Shown: positions 41,527 through 56,095 of the stretch, in pieces
How positions within the stretch are numbered: position 1 is the stretch's first letter
Layout of the letters: every line of letters begins with the position of its first letter
Assembly: GCF_009914755.1 (NCBI RefSeq)
Contig: NC_060939.1
DNA: 64,000 nt
Reading direction: 5' to 3' (one strand)
Source: the human T2T-CHM13v2.0 reference genome, Homo sapiens
Position numbers and translations under genes: made by a program
The notes under the pieces: generated by a model
What the model saw: only the letters and a program-made list of their open reading frames with translations
Told to the model about the DNA's origin: nothing
Database searches by the model: none

Positions 41527-42264
41527 GCTAATTGAGTTTTAAAGTAATATTCTTGCTAATCCCTACTGAATTGTAGCTTGGTGTTGTTTCTGAATGGTTT
41601 TTGGATATTGGAAGCAGCCGCTGATTACCCTTGCAAAGAAATCTGTAAAATGTGCACGTGAATGTCTGAGATGCTCTCTCAGGCCTCTAGTCCTTCTGTA
41701 TCTTTCCTTTGCAGCCCTGGGTGTAGTAGCACTCAGGAGTGTTGAATCACCCCTGGCCGAGACCCACTCCTGCTGGCTCAGCCTGGGCATGTGTGTGCTC
41801 CAGTGTGAACAGCAGTGGGTTCCAACCCCAGTCTCCTTTCTCTGTGGCCTCTCTGGCTCCAGCACCATCATCGTTAGCTGGCACTCCTTTACCTAATAAC
41901 CTCGTTCTAGGCCTGGGGAGAGTACACTCGCATTGTCTACGGTTTCCATTGGAGGAGAAAATAAGATTTTCAAAATGCTCATGTTGTTGGGGTCAAAGAT
42001 GATTATCTCTGAACATCAGAAGGTTATTACTTTATTCCAACTTACTGAGAGTCAACAATATTTGAACTTTGGGTTCTTGGACTAGTTCAACAGCATTTCA
42101 CCTTAAGAGCTGTTTTTCACTAGACCAACGCTCAACCCTCGAGTATGTGTCCAGCTTATGTTATATTATTATGGGTTCGGTAATTGTCATTTTGCAAAGA
42201 AAGGTATACAGTGAACACAACCTGTTATCTTGAAGACATACACCGGAATGTGAAAGACATGTAG

Positions 42265-42622
<358 letters not shown>

Positions 42623-45600
42623 TAGTGAATATTAATTTTCAACTCAAACCAACTTTAGATGCAAAAAAATGGGCAATGGTGATCATCAAGTACATATTTT
42701 GATGAACAAGATTATTTTATACTTTGAAATATGGATACATAGCAAAATCCCAAAGAAAAAATATCCCCCCAAATCAATACTCTTTTGATATTTTTATAAT
42801 ACAAAACCAACTTGCTGCTTGCTGTTAGTTCTTTGTTATAACTGGATGCCAATGTGAACTGCAGAAGACTGTTTTGAAACTTCTCCTCACCAATAGGCAA
42901 AACACAAGTCCTACCAGTTAGTTAATAATGCTTTGGCATTGTTAAAATTTGAAACCAGAATCTCTGTGCTTCTCATCTTTCTCACATAGAAAACTGAATT
43001 AATTTGACCTAGAAACCGTAATTTTTAAAATTATCTATTGTGCATACCATAATTACCCAGAAACGTAAAATATTTTGCAGAGAAAGTATAGAAAAGTATC
43101 AATTTCACACAATGTCCTGGATGTATACCAGACACAGAAGAGGATGGGAGCAGAAGAGGCCAGAAAAAGTGAAATTAGATTCATCTGCTTATTCCTATTA
43201 AGATTGTTGCATATTAAACGGATGCAAAGATATAGATATGTCTGAATTTCCAAAGATGGAGTCTATACAGCGTGAGACATTCAAACCCATTGTTTCTCTC
43301 CCTGTCAACTCTCTGTCTTTTGGTTTGGTAGTTGCTACATAATCCACAAGCCAATTGGCTTCAGTTTAGCAAATTCAGTTTTAAAAATAAAAGAGTATTT
43401 GTGGAGAAACAGGTTGAAAATATTGTCTTAGATGCAATGTCTCCTCTATTGGAGAATTTCACACTCTGGTACTCTAGTTCTGTCTCTCATGCATAAGCAA
43501 CCCCCGCCTTGGCAGAAGTATTCTGCAAGGACCCTGACCAAAGGAATCCAAGTCACACCACAGCACTGAGCGCCAAGGGAAGGTGGCCCAAGGGCAGTCT
43601 TAAGACACAATGTCAAACGTTATGAATGGGTAATTTCTAACAAGCTGAAGAACTGCAACCTGCTACATTGTAAACGAAGTTCTGGAGAGAACTGAATTTT
43701 CTAGAAAAATTCTTATTGGGAGGAAAATAACCTAAAACAACTTTTTATAACATGGATTTGTTTGATTTTACCTTAAAAGAATTTTACTGATGCCTTGTGT
43801 TTCAAAACCACTCAACATTTGGATATTGTTAGCAACCCTCCTGAAATTTTACATGTAGGATAAATACACCAATAACCTCAGTTTTCTGAATCCAGCCATT
43901 CTCTTCTTCCCAACCTCAGCAGCCCTCCTGATCAAAACAGATGAGTTCAGCGCTCCTTTTCTAGGAAGGAGAACCTTCATCTCAAGAAAGTCCAATGGAT
44001 TTCACTAACTGAGCATCATAGTGTGGATTCCTGCATATACAGCAGGCTCCCCACTAGGGGGTCTCAATAAAAAGAGCTAAAGCACCCCCTAAGAGCATGT
44101 CCATGCCGGGTTCTCCGCAGGCTTGCATAATTCAAGTTCTCCATATCAGTCTCAACTCCTGAGATGAGCCTTTTCAGTCCACAATGAGGAAGAGATGGGT
44201 GTGCCTTGGTGAGGTGCAGAGCTCAGGGGATTTTTAATCATGTACATGTTTACTTTCTAGAGGAAGGAGAGGAGCAGTGTGGGGAGAGTGGGAAGGAAGT
44301 ACGCTTTCTTTCACTAAAGACTCTCTTTGCCAGGATGCCTGATCAGGAGGGACGTGTGTGGGCACGAGGTGCAAGGCTGTTCCACACAGCTAAGCCCCAG
44401 CTTGCTTTGCATGCAGAATTGGGAAATATTTGGGGTGGAAGTTGTCTGAGTGATCTGCATTCCAAAGGTGCTACTGTGTTCCTCACTTTCAGAAATACTC
44501 TAAGTTGAGGAGATGACAGTTCTGTATTTTGACATGGAATCCAAATTTCTGACCACTGTGGATCACACTTAAAACTGTGACTGTCTGTCTTTTAAGCTGC
44601 ATACTGGGTGGGGGGAAAGCAAAGAAAAGGCATTTCACATTAATGGAATTGGAGAAAAATGTCTCTTCAGAGCCTAGAAAGCTTCAGCTTCTGCAAAGTC
44701 CCAACACCACCTACCAGAACAGAGACTCCCTACATACCAGACAGAGAAGGACAAAGTTAGTATAATTTACTCTGGACCCAGCCAATACTGCCCCCAATTT
44801 ACCCAAAACATGCCTTAAAATGAAACAGAAAGCTCAAATAATACACATCTTTTAAGATTTTCCATTTCCTGCAGTTAGCTATATTTCATGCCAAGTTTTA
44901 TTTATCTTTTATGAATGGATGGAAATAGGATTTCATTTCTTTATATGCCAAACAGTCTTACCCTTAATTTTACATCAAACCAATTAAGTACAAAGATTTT
45001 GCAGGCTCTTTGACTGAGAAAATGCGTGTTCTCAAGAGCAAAGCATTTTCACTCTACATAAGGGAAATTGGGGCCAATCTAAAATGTCAGCAACACAGTC
45101 CTGATGGGGATGAGTGTCTCTAATAGAAACTCCGCACCAAATCATTTTACCTGGTGATAGCTTGCTGCAGTAAGTTTGCAGGCATGTTGCTTCGTTGTTC
45201 TGCAATATAACCACACTCGAAGCAACAGGAGAGGGGCCGGTAACCCATTCTGCATTGACTCCAGCTCCCTATGACTAGGAAGCAATGAGCCACTCTATCT
45301 AAAGGGCTAGAACACAAAACAGACAAAACCTCTTCTTCCTTGATCATTTTTATCTCAGCTGCCAAAATGGAAATTTTCTGTGATTTCCTTTGAGACTTGA
45401 AGAATTACACCTGGTCTCCAACCATTATTCTTATCACCGTATCGGTTCAGTGCTCTCAAGGCACAAAGCACTTGGAATTCACTCCATGATCTTGCAACTC
45501 TTTTTGAGTGCTTTTCCTGAGCGATTTTAAACTCTACCCGTAAGAAATTTCATCTGCAATTTCTGTAAAAAAAAAAAAAAAAAAAAAGAATGGCTTAAGC

Positions 45601-46239
45601 TCCACATAATCTGATGTAAATATACATTGAAACGTTAAGTTCTATTTGTACTGAAACACTGTCCACCTTAGACTTTAGAACACTATCATTTAACAGATAT
45701 TCAGAAAGGTTCCGGAAATACGGGGGAAAGAACCAGACTACGAATACATTGGAAATGTTAAATTTACAATATTCTCCTGAGCCCCCTTCCAATTTCCCAA
45801 AATTGAGAAAGTGTGTAATCTGTACCTATTTTTTTTCTCAAATTGGCCTGGAGGAAACATTCAGGTTCAGAGAGTTTAGCAGTGCCTCTATGTTTGTGTT
45901 CTCTGTGTAATCACATGAAAGAACCAACAAATAACTCTTCAGGATAAATGACACCTGCATCGCTGATCCCTTGTTGACTTATGTTTTATTATAAAAATAG
46001 ATCTCTATCATTATAGGGATAAAACGTGTATGTTTTGAGATGATTTGGTAAGAACTCAGCCATTCAGTATTTCTGGAAGAATTAAAAACTTGGCTTTCTT
46101 TTTCTTAATGTCTAATAGTTTTGAAGACTAGATATTAGGGCATTTTCTTTCCTCCTTTTAAAATTTCTACTGATTACAAGCTAGCAATTTCAGGATATCA
46201 GCTTGATCTAGTTGTATTAAGGCCAAAAGGCAGACTTTC

Positions 46240-46583
<344 letters not shown>

Positions 46584-46720
46584 TGTATTTACTTTTTTAA
46601 TGCCACCTAGCTGAATAATGCTTTGGGTTTTACTGTTGTCAATAAAACCCCTTATACCTTTTATTGTCCTGCTTACTTATAAAAGCCAAATTTTAGGCGA
46701 ACTTAAATAAATCAGTGCTG
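46584..46720 (+). terminator. Candidate proximal poly(A) signals in the 3' UTR
   Basis: TGTA at 46584, AATAAA at 46641-46646 followed by U-rich ttttattgtc, and a second AATAAA at 46706-46711. Other AATAAA occur at 43386 and 44066, ATTAAA at 49009. Confidence 0.35.
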
Positions 46721-49700
46721 AAAAACTAGTTGAACAATCAGTCACTGACAAGTTTTCAATGTTTTGAGTTAACCAAGTGGGCTTTTCAGATTAGGTTATT
46801 CAAGAGCATGAGCTAGAAAATAATTAGGCAGACAAAACATATGTTCTCACACACACACCACTTCCAAAACAGACATGATTTGAATGTAGCATTCAGGTTA
46901 TTGAGGTGAACGTAAATTGCTTTGCTTGAACAATTGAGATAATCACCTACTTTCGCCACTTCACTTTTCACATTTGTAAACACACACAGGGTTTTTCCAG
47001 CCCAGTGAGCAGGCTACACAATGTGAGGATGATAATGGTTCCTGCAGGGAAGCCAGAGCCTCTATGTCTGCCGAACAGTTTAAATTGAACAGGTTGGAAA
47101 GAACATTGATTGCCAATAATTAAATGCCCCAGACTGAGCAGGTAGCTGCTACATTTTCTCTTCTCTTTTCTAGTTATTCAGGGTTCCTTCTTTGATTTTC
47201 ATGAGAAAGGAACATTTACACTTCCTGTGAGGGGCTTAGACTCCGATTTCTCCCAGTTGCCTCACTTACTGAAGTTCGATCCCAGTGAATGATGTGTATG
47301 TACCCAACACATCCAATTTGTATTTTCTTAAATATGTGTTTCTTAGGTATCTAAGGATACATGAGCGAGCCCACAGCACAATTATTGCAGTCCCCAAGAT
47401 GTCAGTCTTCTCAAAATGACAACATTGTCACTAACCACTTTTTAAAAAAGAACTGAAATTCCCATTTTTTGTTAAACGTTTTTCCAATACATAGCAATGT
47501 GTAAAATAGACTCCCAAATCTCCTTTGGGAAAGGAACCTGTGGACCCTGGAGCTAAGTTGTCATTTTAGGGACATGGTGATAATCAGGACTGATGCCAGT
47601 AAGTGGGAAGTTCATTACGGCAAGGCAGTGGGAAGGTGCCAGCATCCCCTTTCCACCTGAGATGGGCTGAATTTTCACCCGGAAGTCTGAAGCCTCTGGA
47701 AGGGCAGGTGGAATCGCTCCTGGCAAGGGCATGACCGTGCACAGGCTGACATGATTTTCCTTTTGGGTGGATTGGAGTTTTACAACTGGATTCATTAGCA
47801 CACGTGTGGGAACATGTGCCTGTGCCCACCCACAGCACTTCCTTGGAACTCTAAGCTGCTTCTCTAATCTAAGGAGGTCTATTCGAAAGGATAGTGCTTG
47901 ACTTTCAATTTATAAAAGATTATTGGAAACACCTTAAGTAGTCCTAACCCACTGTCAGCTTCCAATTTTCAGGAGCAAATGATGACTGCTTTGATTTGGT
48001 TAGGCTTTCTTACAACAGGTTTTTATAAAATATTGTTTATATTTGTAACAGGAAGGATTTTCAATGTCAATTTCATCCATGAGTGAAGACCCCCCACTGC
48101 ACAGAGCAGCACTTCTGTCACTCTCATGGGGAGATCAGGGTACCCACTCCTCTACGTAGCTTGGCAGACCCAGACCACCCTGAGCCAGCCTGCCACATCC
48201 GCTAGTCCATGCACCTCCAGGGTGGCCTTGGGAGCTACAGAGAGGAAAAAAAGAAAAAATGTTGCATTCTTAAGCAATTAAAGACTCCTTCCAATGTAAT
48301 TAAAAAATAAGTAATGTGGCAAAAGATGCACATAACTTGCTCCCTCAAGTTCTAAATTGTCACCAAATATGAAAGGTTTTTAGATGAAGTACATCTACAT
48401 CATAACCATCATCACCCTCATTGTCCTCTTCCATGTTTCTACTAGTACTCAGCTATTGATTCAACACAAAGGCTTAGAGCCTTTTCTGAACTATAACGAA
48501 ATCAGAACTTACATCGTGGAAAAAGCGAAAAAGTTTCATTAGAGTTTAAACATTAAGTATACAGATCCTACTCCAAAATTTTGCTCGCCTAAAACATTTC
48601 CAGAACTGCTGTGTTCCCCAGCAGTCCTGCCTGCCCTGCCTCAATCAGAATTTCAAATTACTATTTAGAAGAACATTCCATTCAATTGTTGTTTGTTGAT
48701 TGCTTTCTCTCTTTTTTTTTCCGTTTTTACCTTAGTTGGCTATTTTATTCCTTTTCGTAAAGATAACGTTTGAATTGTCTAACAACTATCTTTTTTCACT
48801 AAAATACATGCATCTTTGGAAACTGCAAATTTTGTGAGCTCAAAAAGACAATCACTGTGCTTCTTATCATCTAATTTGAGTCTAGGCTTTGTTTCCCCCT
48901 AACTTATCCTGGCATTTTTACTTTGAATAGAAATAGTCACAGGCAAAATATATTCATGAAATGTACAGTGCTTACTATTATATGATCTCTGTTTAGAATA
49001 ACTATTTTATTAAAACAGTCTAAAAGACACTGTCCATCATTCTTGACATTTGATATGTCTAATTTTGTGCTAGTGAACCAAGTTTACCTGCTCACACGTT
49101 TGTACAACTACACAATGTGTTTTCCTTTACGTGCAGCTCCGGTACTGAGCAAAAGGTTCGTTGTTTAGGAGTGAAATTTTCTGTGAAAGTTTTGGGAGAG
49201 TAATTATTTTCAGGGATCAGACCTATGTGTTGTTAGGAGCAAGAGGCCATCTTGTGTTTACATGCAGTGGTCTGTGTATTTGTGTCTGTACGTACAGTGG
49301 TAAAACTGAAACAACTTATTAATAATGTGTGTCACTCTACCCATCACCCCAAATTTAGCTGAAACAAGTAGAAAGGAGCGCAGTTTTCTAGCGATAGCGT
49401 ATTAGCACTAAGCCTCTGGTTAGGATAAAAAGGAGCAAGGGAGAGGGAGAAAGAGAGGACAGAGGGAGAGAGAGAAAGTGGCAATCTGTACATTTCCTGA
49501 CAAAGTGGGATCATGTTCTTTCCAAGAAAAGGAAAAGAAATCCAGCTTCACTACCTGATCAGGAGTCCCTCTGGGGTCCACACAAGCCTGCCTCCTTTGG
49601 AGAGCCCTTGAGCATCACTGTTGTGACCGGGGTGCACACCTGGGCGACTCCTTGATCATTCGTGCATTCTGGTCAAGTTGACCCGATAAGCCAAAAGTAC

Positions 49701-50010
49701 TTTTCAAGATTTAGATGGCAAACAGCCATCCCCACCCTTGTCTAGGAAGTCGTATTCGCAGGTCACAGGAAGGCGTCAGGTCAGGCTTGAAGCAGCCGGG
49801 GTGTGGGCAGGGTCCTCTCTCTGTGAAGCCTGTGTGGGAGGTGAAACTGTCAGGGGTCCTGGGAGATGGCCCAGGCAGGAAGGGAAGGAGAGAGGCGCGG
49901 ACTGCTCTCTGTTCCCATGGAATCCTTCCTGCCTGTGAAGCCATTGTCCTCCAGATGGGAGGTAGGCCGGGAGATTCCAGAATCCGAAAACATTTTGGAA
50001 TCATCTTAGA

Positions 50011-50360
50011 GCACCGGTGTGGATGCGCTTGGCCCCGAGGGGGCCGCGCCCTGCCCCAGTGCGTGCGCCTCCTGCCCCAGCAGGGACCCGCCCTCACCAA
50101 GTGGCCTCCAGTAGCCCCTGTGTCCCTGTCGTCCCGCGAGGGATTGGAGGCCCTGGCTCCGGGCGGTCCCGAGGTCCCGCCGCCCTCCTCCCCTGCGCAG
50201 AGGACGTGGCTCCCCGCTATCCGTGCGGCTCGTGGTGTCCTAGTGAAATGAGGGCGCACTGGCGCCCGACGTGCCTTGGCGACACGGGCGGCGCCGCGCC
50301 CCGCTTCGTGCGTCCCGTCCCCGCCGTGCCCTCAGCTGGGCCTCGTGGCTGGGCCGCCCT
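50011..50360. promoter_or_regulatory. CpG island at the 3' end of GABRG3
   Basis: About 40 CpGs counted by hand in 350 bp, very GC-rich and not recognisably repeat-derived, in an otherwise CpG-depleted window. Confidence 0.9.
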
Positions 50361-50361
50361 C

Positions 50362-50465
50362 TGTATTTGTATTTGGATTCCTACGTTTGTACTTCTAATA
50401 CAAATAAATGCACATGTTGTCAGAAATACCTGAGCTGGAAGTGGACGTCTTTCTGGTTTGGGTGG
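50362..50465 (+). terminator. Distal cleavage/polyadenylation site
   Basis: TGTA at 50362, 50368 and 50388 (CFIm elements), AATAAA at 50403-50408, CA near 50421, and downstream GU/U-rich gtctttctggtttgggtgg. Confidence 0.8.
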
Positions 50466-51007
50466 CCGACTGGGAGCGTGCGGGATGGGGTCAAGGGCAC
50501 TGTGTTGCACGGAGCCCTGATGCCCGCAGGGGTGTGACCCAACTGCCCCTCTCAGATGCTTACTTCTGGGGAGCCCAGCCCAGGGGCAGACTCTGCAAAT
50601 GGGGTTCGGGGAGTGACTTTTCTCTGGCAGGAAGGGTACAAGTGGCTTTTCTAAGGGAAACGTCCTCCTCCACTCTTGCAAAACTCCATGAACAGAGACC
50701 CCCAAGCCACCCTTGGAGAGCCGGACACTCTGCTCCAGCCAAGCCAGGTGGCAGGTGCCCGCCTCCAGGCCACACCTGCAGCTGGGGAGTGGATTAAATC
50801 GTGGGGGGAAGGGTTCTGGGACCCGCCCTCAACACATCTGGAAGCCAGGCTGGACACCCTAAAGTCCTAACAGTGGCTCCTGGAGAAGATGCCGCAGGCT
50901 CATGTTAAAGTTAGGGCACACCATCACAGACAAACGGAAAACCGACGGTGACCGCGACCACCGCAGACAACACACATTAGAGGATTTTAGGTACTGTTCT
51001 TTGGTCT

Positions 51008-51317
51008 ATTTTTTTTTTCTTTCTTTCTTTTTTTTTTTTAGATGGAGTCTCCCTTTGTCGCCCAGGCTGGAGTGCAATGGCCCGATCTCGGCTCACTGTA
51101 CCCTCCGCCTCCCGGGTTCAAGCAATTCTCTGCCTCAGCCTCACGAGTAGCTGGGATTACAGGCGCCCGCCACCACGCCCAGCTAATTTTTGTATTTTTA
51201 GTAGAGACGGGGTTTCACCATCTTGGCCAGGCTGCTCTTGAACTCCTGACCTCGTGATCCACCAGCCCCAGCCTCCCAAAGTGCTGGGATTACAGGCGTG
51301 AACCACCGCACCCGGCC
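51008..51317 (-). mobile_element. Alu (AluSg/Sc-like)
   Basis: Full-length antisense Alu. Confidence 0.96.
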
Positions 51318-51986
51318 GAAACACATTTTAATAAAAACAAACAATTCCAGGTCCCCTAGCTCACCCATGACTTCAACACAATCACCCCTCCCGGATGGGG
51401 GCTGCACTTACACAAGGGGGTGGGGGTGGGGGGACTATGAGACATTTTTTGCAGCCTCTGGCTGATTCTGTGGGAACCCTCAGCCCTAAAAGAGGGTTTT
51501 CTGACATCCGGCCCCTGGGAAGTATCTGTTTTGGCGCTCGCAGCAATTCCTTCTTGGATTGCTGTAATCTAGGCTTGAACAACAGTGAACATTTTATGTG
51601 CATTCATTCCCTCCCTTGCTAGAACTGCCACCTTCGCCCTGCTTTGTGACCAAAGCTGCAGGCCCCTCCAGAGGTACATTAAAACAACAGCTGATGCTTA
51701 TTGAGGGCTGAGCTCGTGCTAAGAACTTGGCACACACTGAATCATTCAGTCCTGAGAGTACCATATAAAGAGGGTATTCGTCTTACCACAATTTTATTGA
51801 TGAGAAAATGGAGACTTGCCCAATATTCTAAACCTAGAAAAAAGCAGAAAAAGAACTGAAACTCTGGAAATGTAACTTCAAACACCTCGAGCTGCTACAC
51901 TCTGCCAGTGCATGTCTCCAAAACCTTGGGACTGTGGAGTGAACTTCGGAGAAAATTAATAGGGCAGACATTCACTTTTTAGTTAA

Positions 51987-52338
<352 letters not shown>

Positions 52339-52559
52339 AGAGGATATCACTTTCAAAGTGGTATCTTACAAATGTGCACAAATGGCACAATGAGGTCAGC
52401 TGTGTTTGTTCAGGACCCACAGAAATCAGCAAGCTCCTTTCAAGGAAAAGTCACACACAGAAGACTCTCTGGCTGGGCTGCTTGATTTGTAAGTGAGGGA
52501 TGGGGTGATCTCTTGCACAGAAGTAGAGCAGTGGAGACTGCAAATCATGCCAAGGGCCT

Positions 52560-52985
52560 GACTGTACTCATTGCCAGGTTGGAACTGAAACTGTACCCCA
52601 AAGAGTTAAAGAAACCAGTAACTAACAGAAATTCTTGAGCTTGCAGGGTGGCAGGTAAGAAAAGAAACAGCCTGCTGAAACGCTCATGAGATAAAACTTG
52701 CTGAAGTCCATTGGAACCAATATGGCCAACTAGAGTCTGCACAGAATGAGGCTGGCAACACAACAGCCTCATTCCATCACAGGTTTCATACTAGCTCCCC
52801 CCAGTGTGCACATGTGACCCACGGGGTAACATGAAGAGATAAATGCCCATGTCCAGGGACTTCCCAGACCTCCCCTTTCCTTCTACCAGTCACCTCCTAA
52901 CCTCAGAAACCAGCTCCTGAAACATTCCTAGTAAAAATACTGCCTTGAAGCCAGCACAGGGAGATAGATTTGAGCTTGATTTCCA
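52560..52985 (+). mobile_element. ERV1-type LTR fragment (family uncertain)
   Basis: tgtaccccaaagagttaaagaaacc, ccaatatggcc and gggagatagatttgagc resemble MER4-group LTRs. Confidence 0.55.
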
Positions 52986-53264
52986 AGGTACACTATTTCC
53001 AAGAACGGCATCATCCACCCATTACCTCAGGCCCTAAACAAGGTCACATTCACACACAGCCTGGAAGGAGCACCCCAAGATCTGTTCCCAGGAGGTGCAC
53101 TGAAGAAGCTGCAGGATCTGTAATATCTGTATTGGCAAGAGCCTGGGGGCATGCATGGGAATTTATTTTAAGGGTGTTAGAACCAGAAAGGACCAACTTT
53201 AAAGCTGGTGTGACTGCATTTATATATAAAGGGATTAAACAACACTGGAACCTTGAAAACTAAA

Positions 53265-53561
53265 GCAAACTATCACAAGGACAGAAAACCAAACACCTCA
53301 TGTTCTCACTCATAGGTGGGAATTGAACAATGAGAACACTTGGACGCAGGAAGGGGAACATCACACACCAGGGCCTGTCGTGGGGTGGGGGGAGGGGGAG
53401 GGATAGCATTAGGAGATATGCCTAATGTAAATGATGAGTTAATGGGTGCAGCACACCAACATGGCACATGTATACATACGTAACAAACCTGCATGTTGTG
53501 CACATGTACCCTAGAATTTAAAGTATAATAAAAAAAAGAAAAAATTTAAAAAAAGAAAAAA
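53265..53561 (+). mobile_element. 5'-truncated L1PA (relatively young) 3' end
   Basis: Close match to the L1PA 3' UTR (catgttctcactcataggtgggaattgaacaatgagaacac, G-tract, poly-A); TSD gaaaactaaa at 53255 and 53562. Confidence 0.95.
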
Positions 53562-54948
53562 GAAAACTAAACCTTTGTTTTCAAGGTTGATGAACTGTTT
53601 GTTCAGGTAAAGTGACTGCTGAAACTCTGATTTCCAGTTGCCTACAGCCAAAGAAAATGAGGTGCCAGCCCCTCAGATACACTGTAAGGGGGAAAGGCTA
53701 AGTCTGTGGAAAACGGGGATGTCAGGGTGGGTTTCCCAAGTGCAACTCACTTGAACATAGGTGGGGGACTCAGGAGTATCCCCCCAACCACCTAGAGTCT
53801 GAGAAAGGCATTCATGAGCAACCACCAAAGCTCTGGAGCAGGTTGCAGATGATGCCACCATGGGAGGTGCCACCGTGAACCTGGGATCTGTGGTTCCAGC
53901 AGGAATCATCAAATCTGAGAGTCGCAGGGCCAGGTGGTATGACCTGACCTTCAATGACTATAATAAGCCCTAGGGACCGAGGAGAGCTCAGAGCCTGTTT
54001 ACCCAGAGGCATGAACGCTGTGGCTCTGATGCAGCCCCATTCTCTAGGACACTAGCTATCTGCCTGGCTGCAGTTTCACTGCATTGAGCACTTTGCATCC
54101 TTGCTCTGGCGGTTAAGTGGTTCTTCCTCTTCAGAACAGATAAGTATTCCACGTATAAATTTGCCTTTCCTGTCCACACAGCACATGTATGTTTACAGAG
54201 GGCCTCTTCATTGCCATGGCAGACCACATCACATTGCCAATTAAACCAGAATTTCAGGTGTTCTCATAGATTTCTTAATGGCCTAGAAACACGTGCTTTT
54301 ACTGGAGGTGAATGTTTAAATAGCAATGTACAATCAACACAAAAATACACCCACAACTCTCCAGTCAGGTAAGTCATATTTTCTAATAGTGATGGCTGTA
54401 ATCCACTGAGGACCAATAGAATGGAAACAAAAGGCCAAAGACGTAAGTGTCAGAGGAGTTCTGGTGTTAACAAAGGGTGACTCATCAAAAAGAGAGCTGC
54501 CAAGGTTTCTGGACACTCACTTGAATCTGACCTGTCACACCCACCACCTTCAACCACGCCATACAAATTTGAATAAAGCATAAGTCTCCTCACCATATAT
54601 ACCCAAAAGGGAGCAGAAAACCACTGCAGGCGGGTGAAGTAGCAAACATGGGTATCAGCAGCCAACTGCATATACCTGTTAAAAAGGTAAACTGAGGCAC
54701 AAGAATTTTAGAGTTTATTTGAGTGGGTAGTGTTTCATGAATCAGACAACTTCGAACCAGAAGTAGTTTGGGAGCCCCACTGAGGAACCCAAGTGAGAGG
54801 CTTTTGTGAGACCAACAGGGAGGTAAAAGAAAGGAAATGTTTGATTAACTACAGTTACAAGGTTGCCTTACTTAGTCTATCCCACTGGAAAGTTCCTAGT
54901 TATATAATTTAAGTGAGTTTGCTCCTTGTTAAGGTTTAAGCTTAAGTG

Positions 54949-55516
<568 letters not shown>

Positions 55517-55782
55517 GATTTCTTTTTTTCTTTAATACAGGCATTTACAAGAATTAGCCCAAGTTAAGTTTTCCTTGTGTTTTTGAAATCAAGCAGGGTT
55601 AGGGTCACGTATGAGGCCTGACCTAATTTGTTTGCTCAAGGATTTTTCAGGTCTGGTTTTCATTTTATTTTACTCCAACGCACCAGGCCCAACAAGAAGC
55701 AGTATTAGGCATTTTTAAAGCAAAATGCAAAAATGTTCAAATTACTTGGTGATGGAAAGTTAAATTTTAAGAGTTTAACTCT

Positions 55783-56095
<313 letters not shown>

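Noticed and set aside
44048-44065. CTCF-like ccactagggggtctc
   Set aside because: It lacks the conserved GGC(G/A)C end of the motif.
45567-45587. A21 tract in the 3' UTR as a transcript end or retrocopy tail
   Set aside because: No upstream poly(A) signal or TSD seen; more likely an oligo-dT internal priming site.
49711-50797. Longest ORFs in the track (182, 178, 162, 138 and 129 aa, on both strands)
   Set aside because: They overlap the GC-rich island where stop codons are scarce, are Pro/Arg/Gly/Ala-rich, occur in several frames at once and show no recognisable domain.
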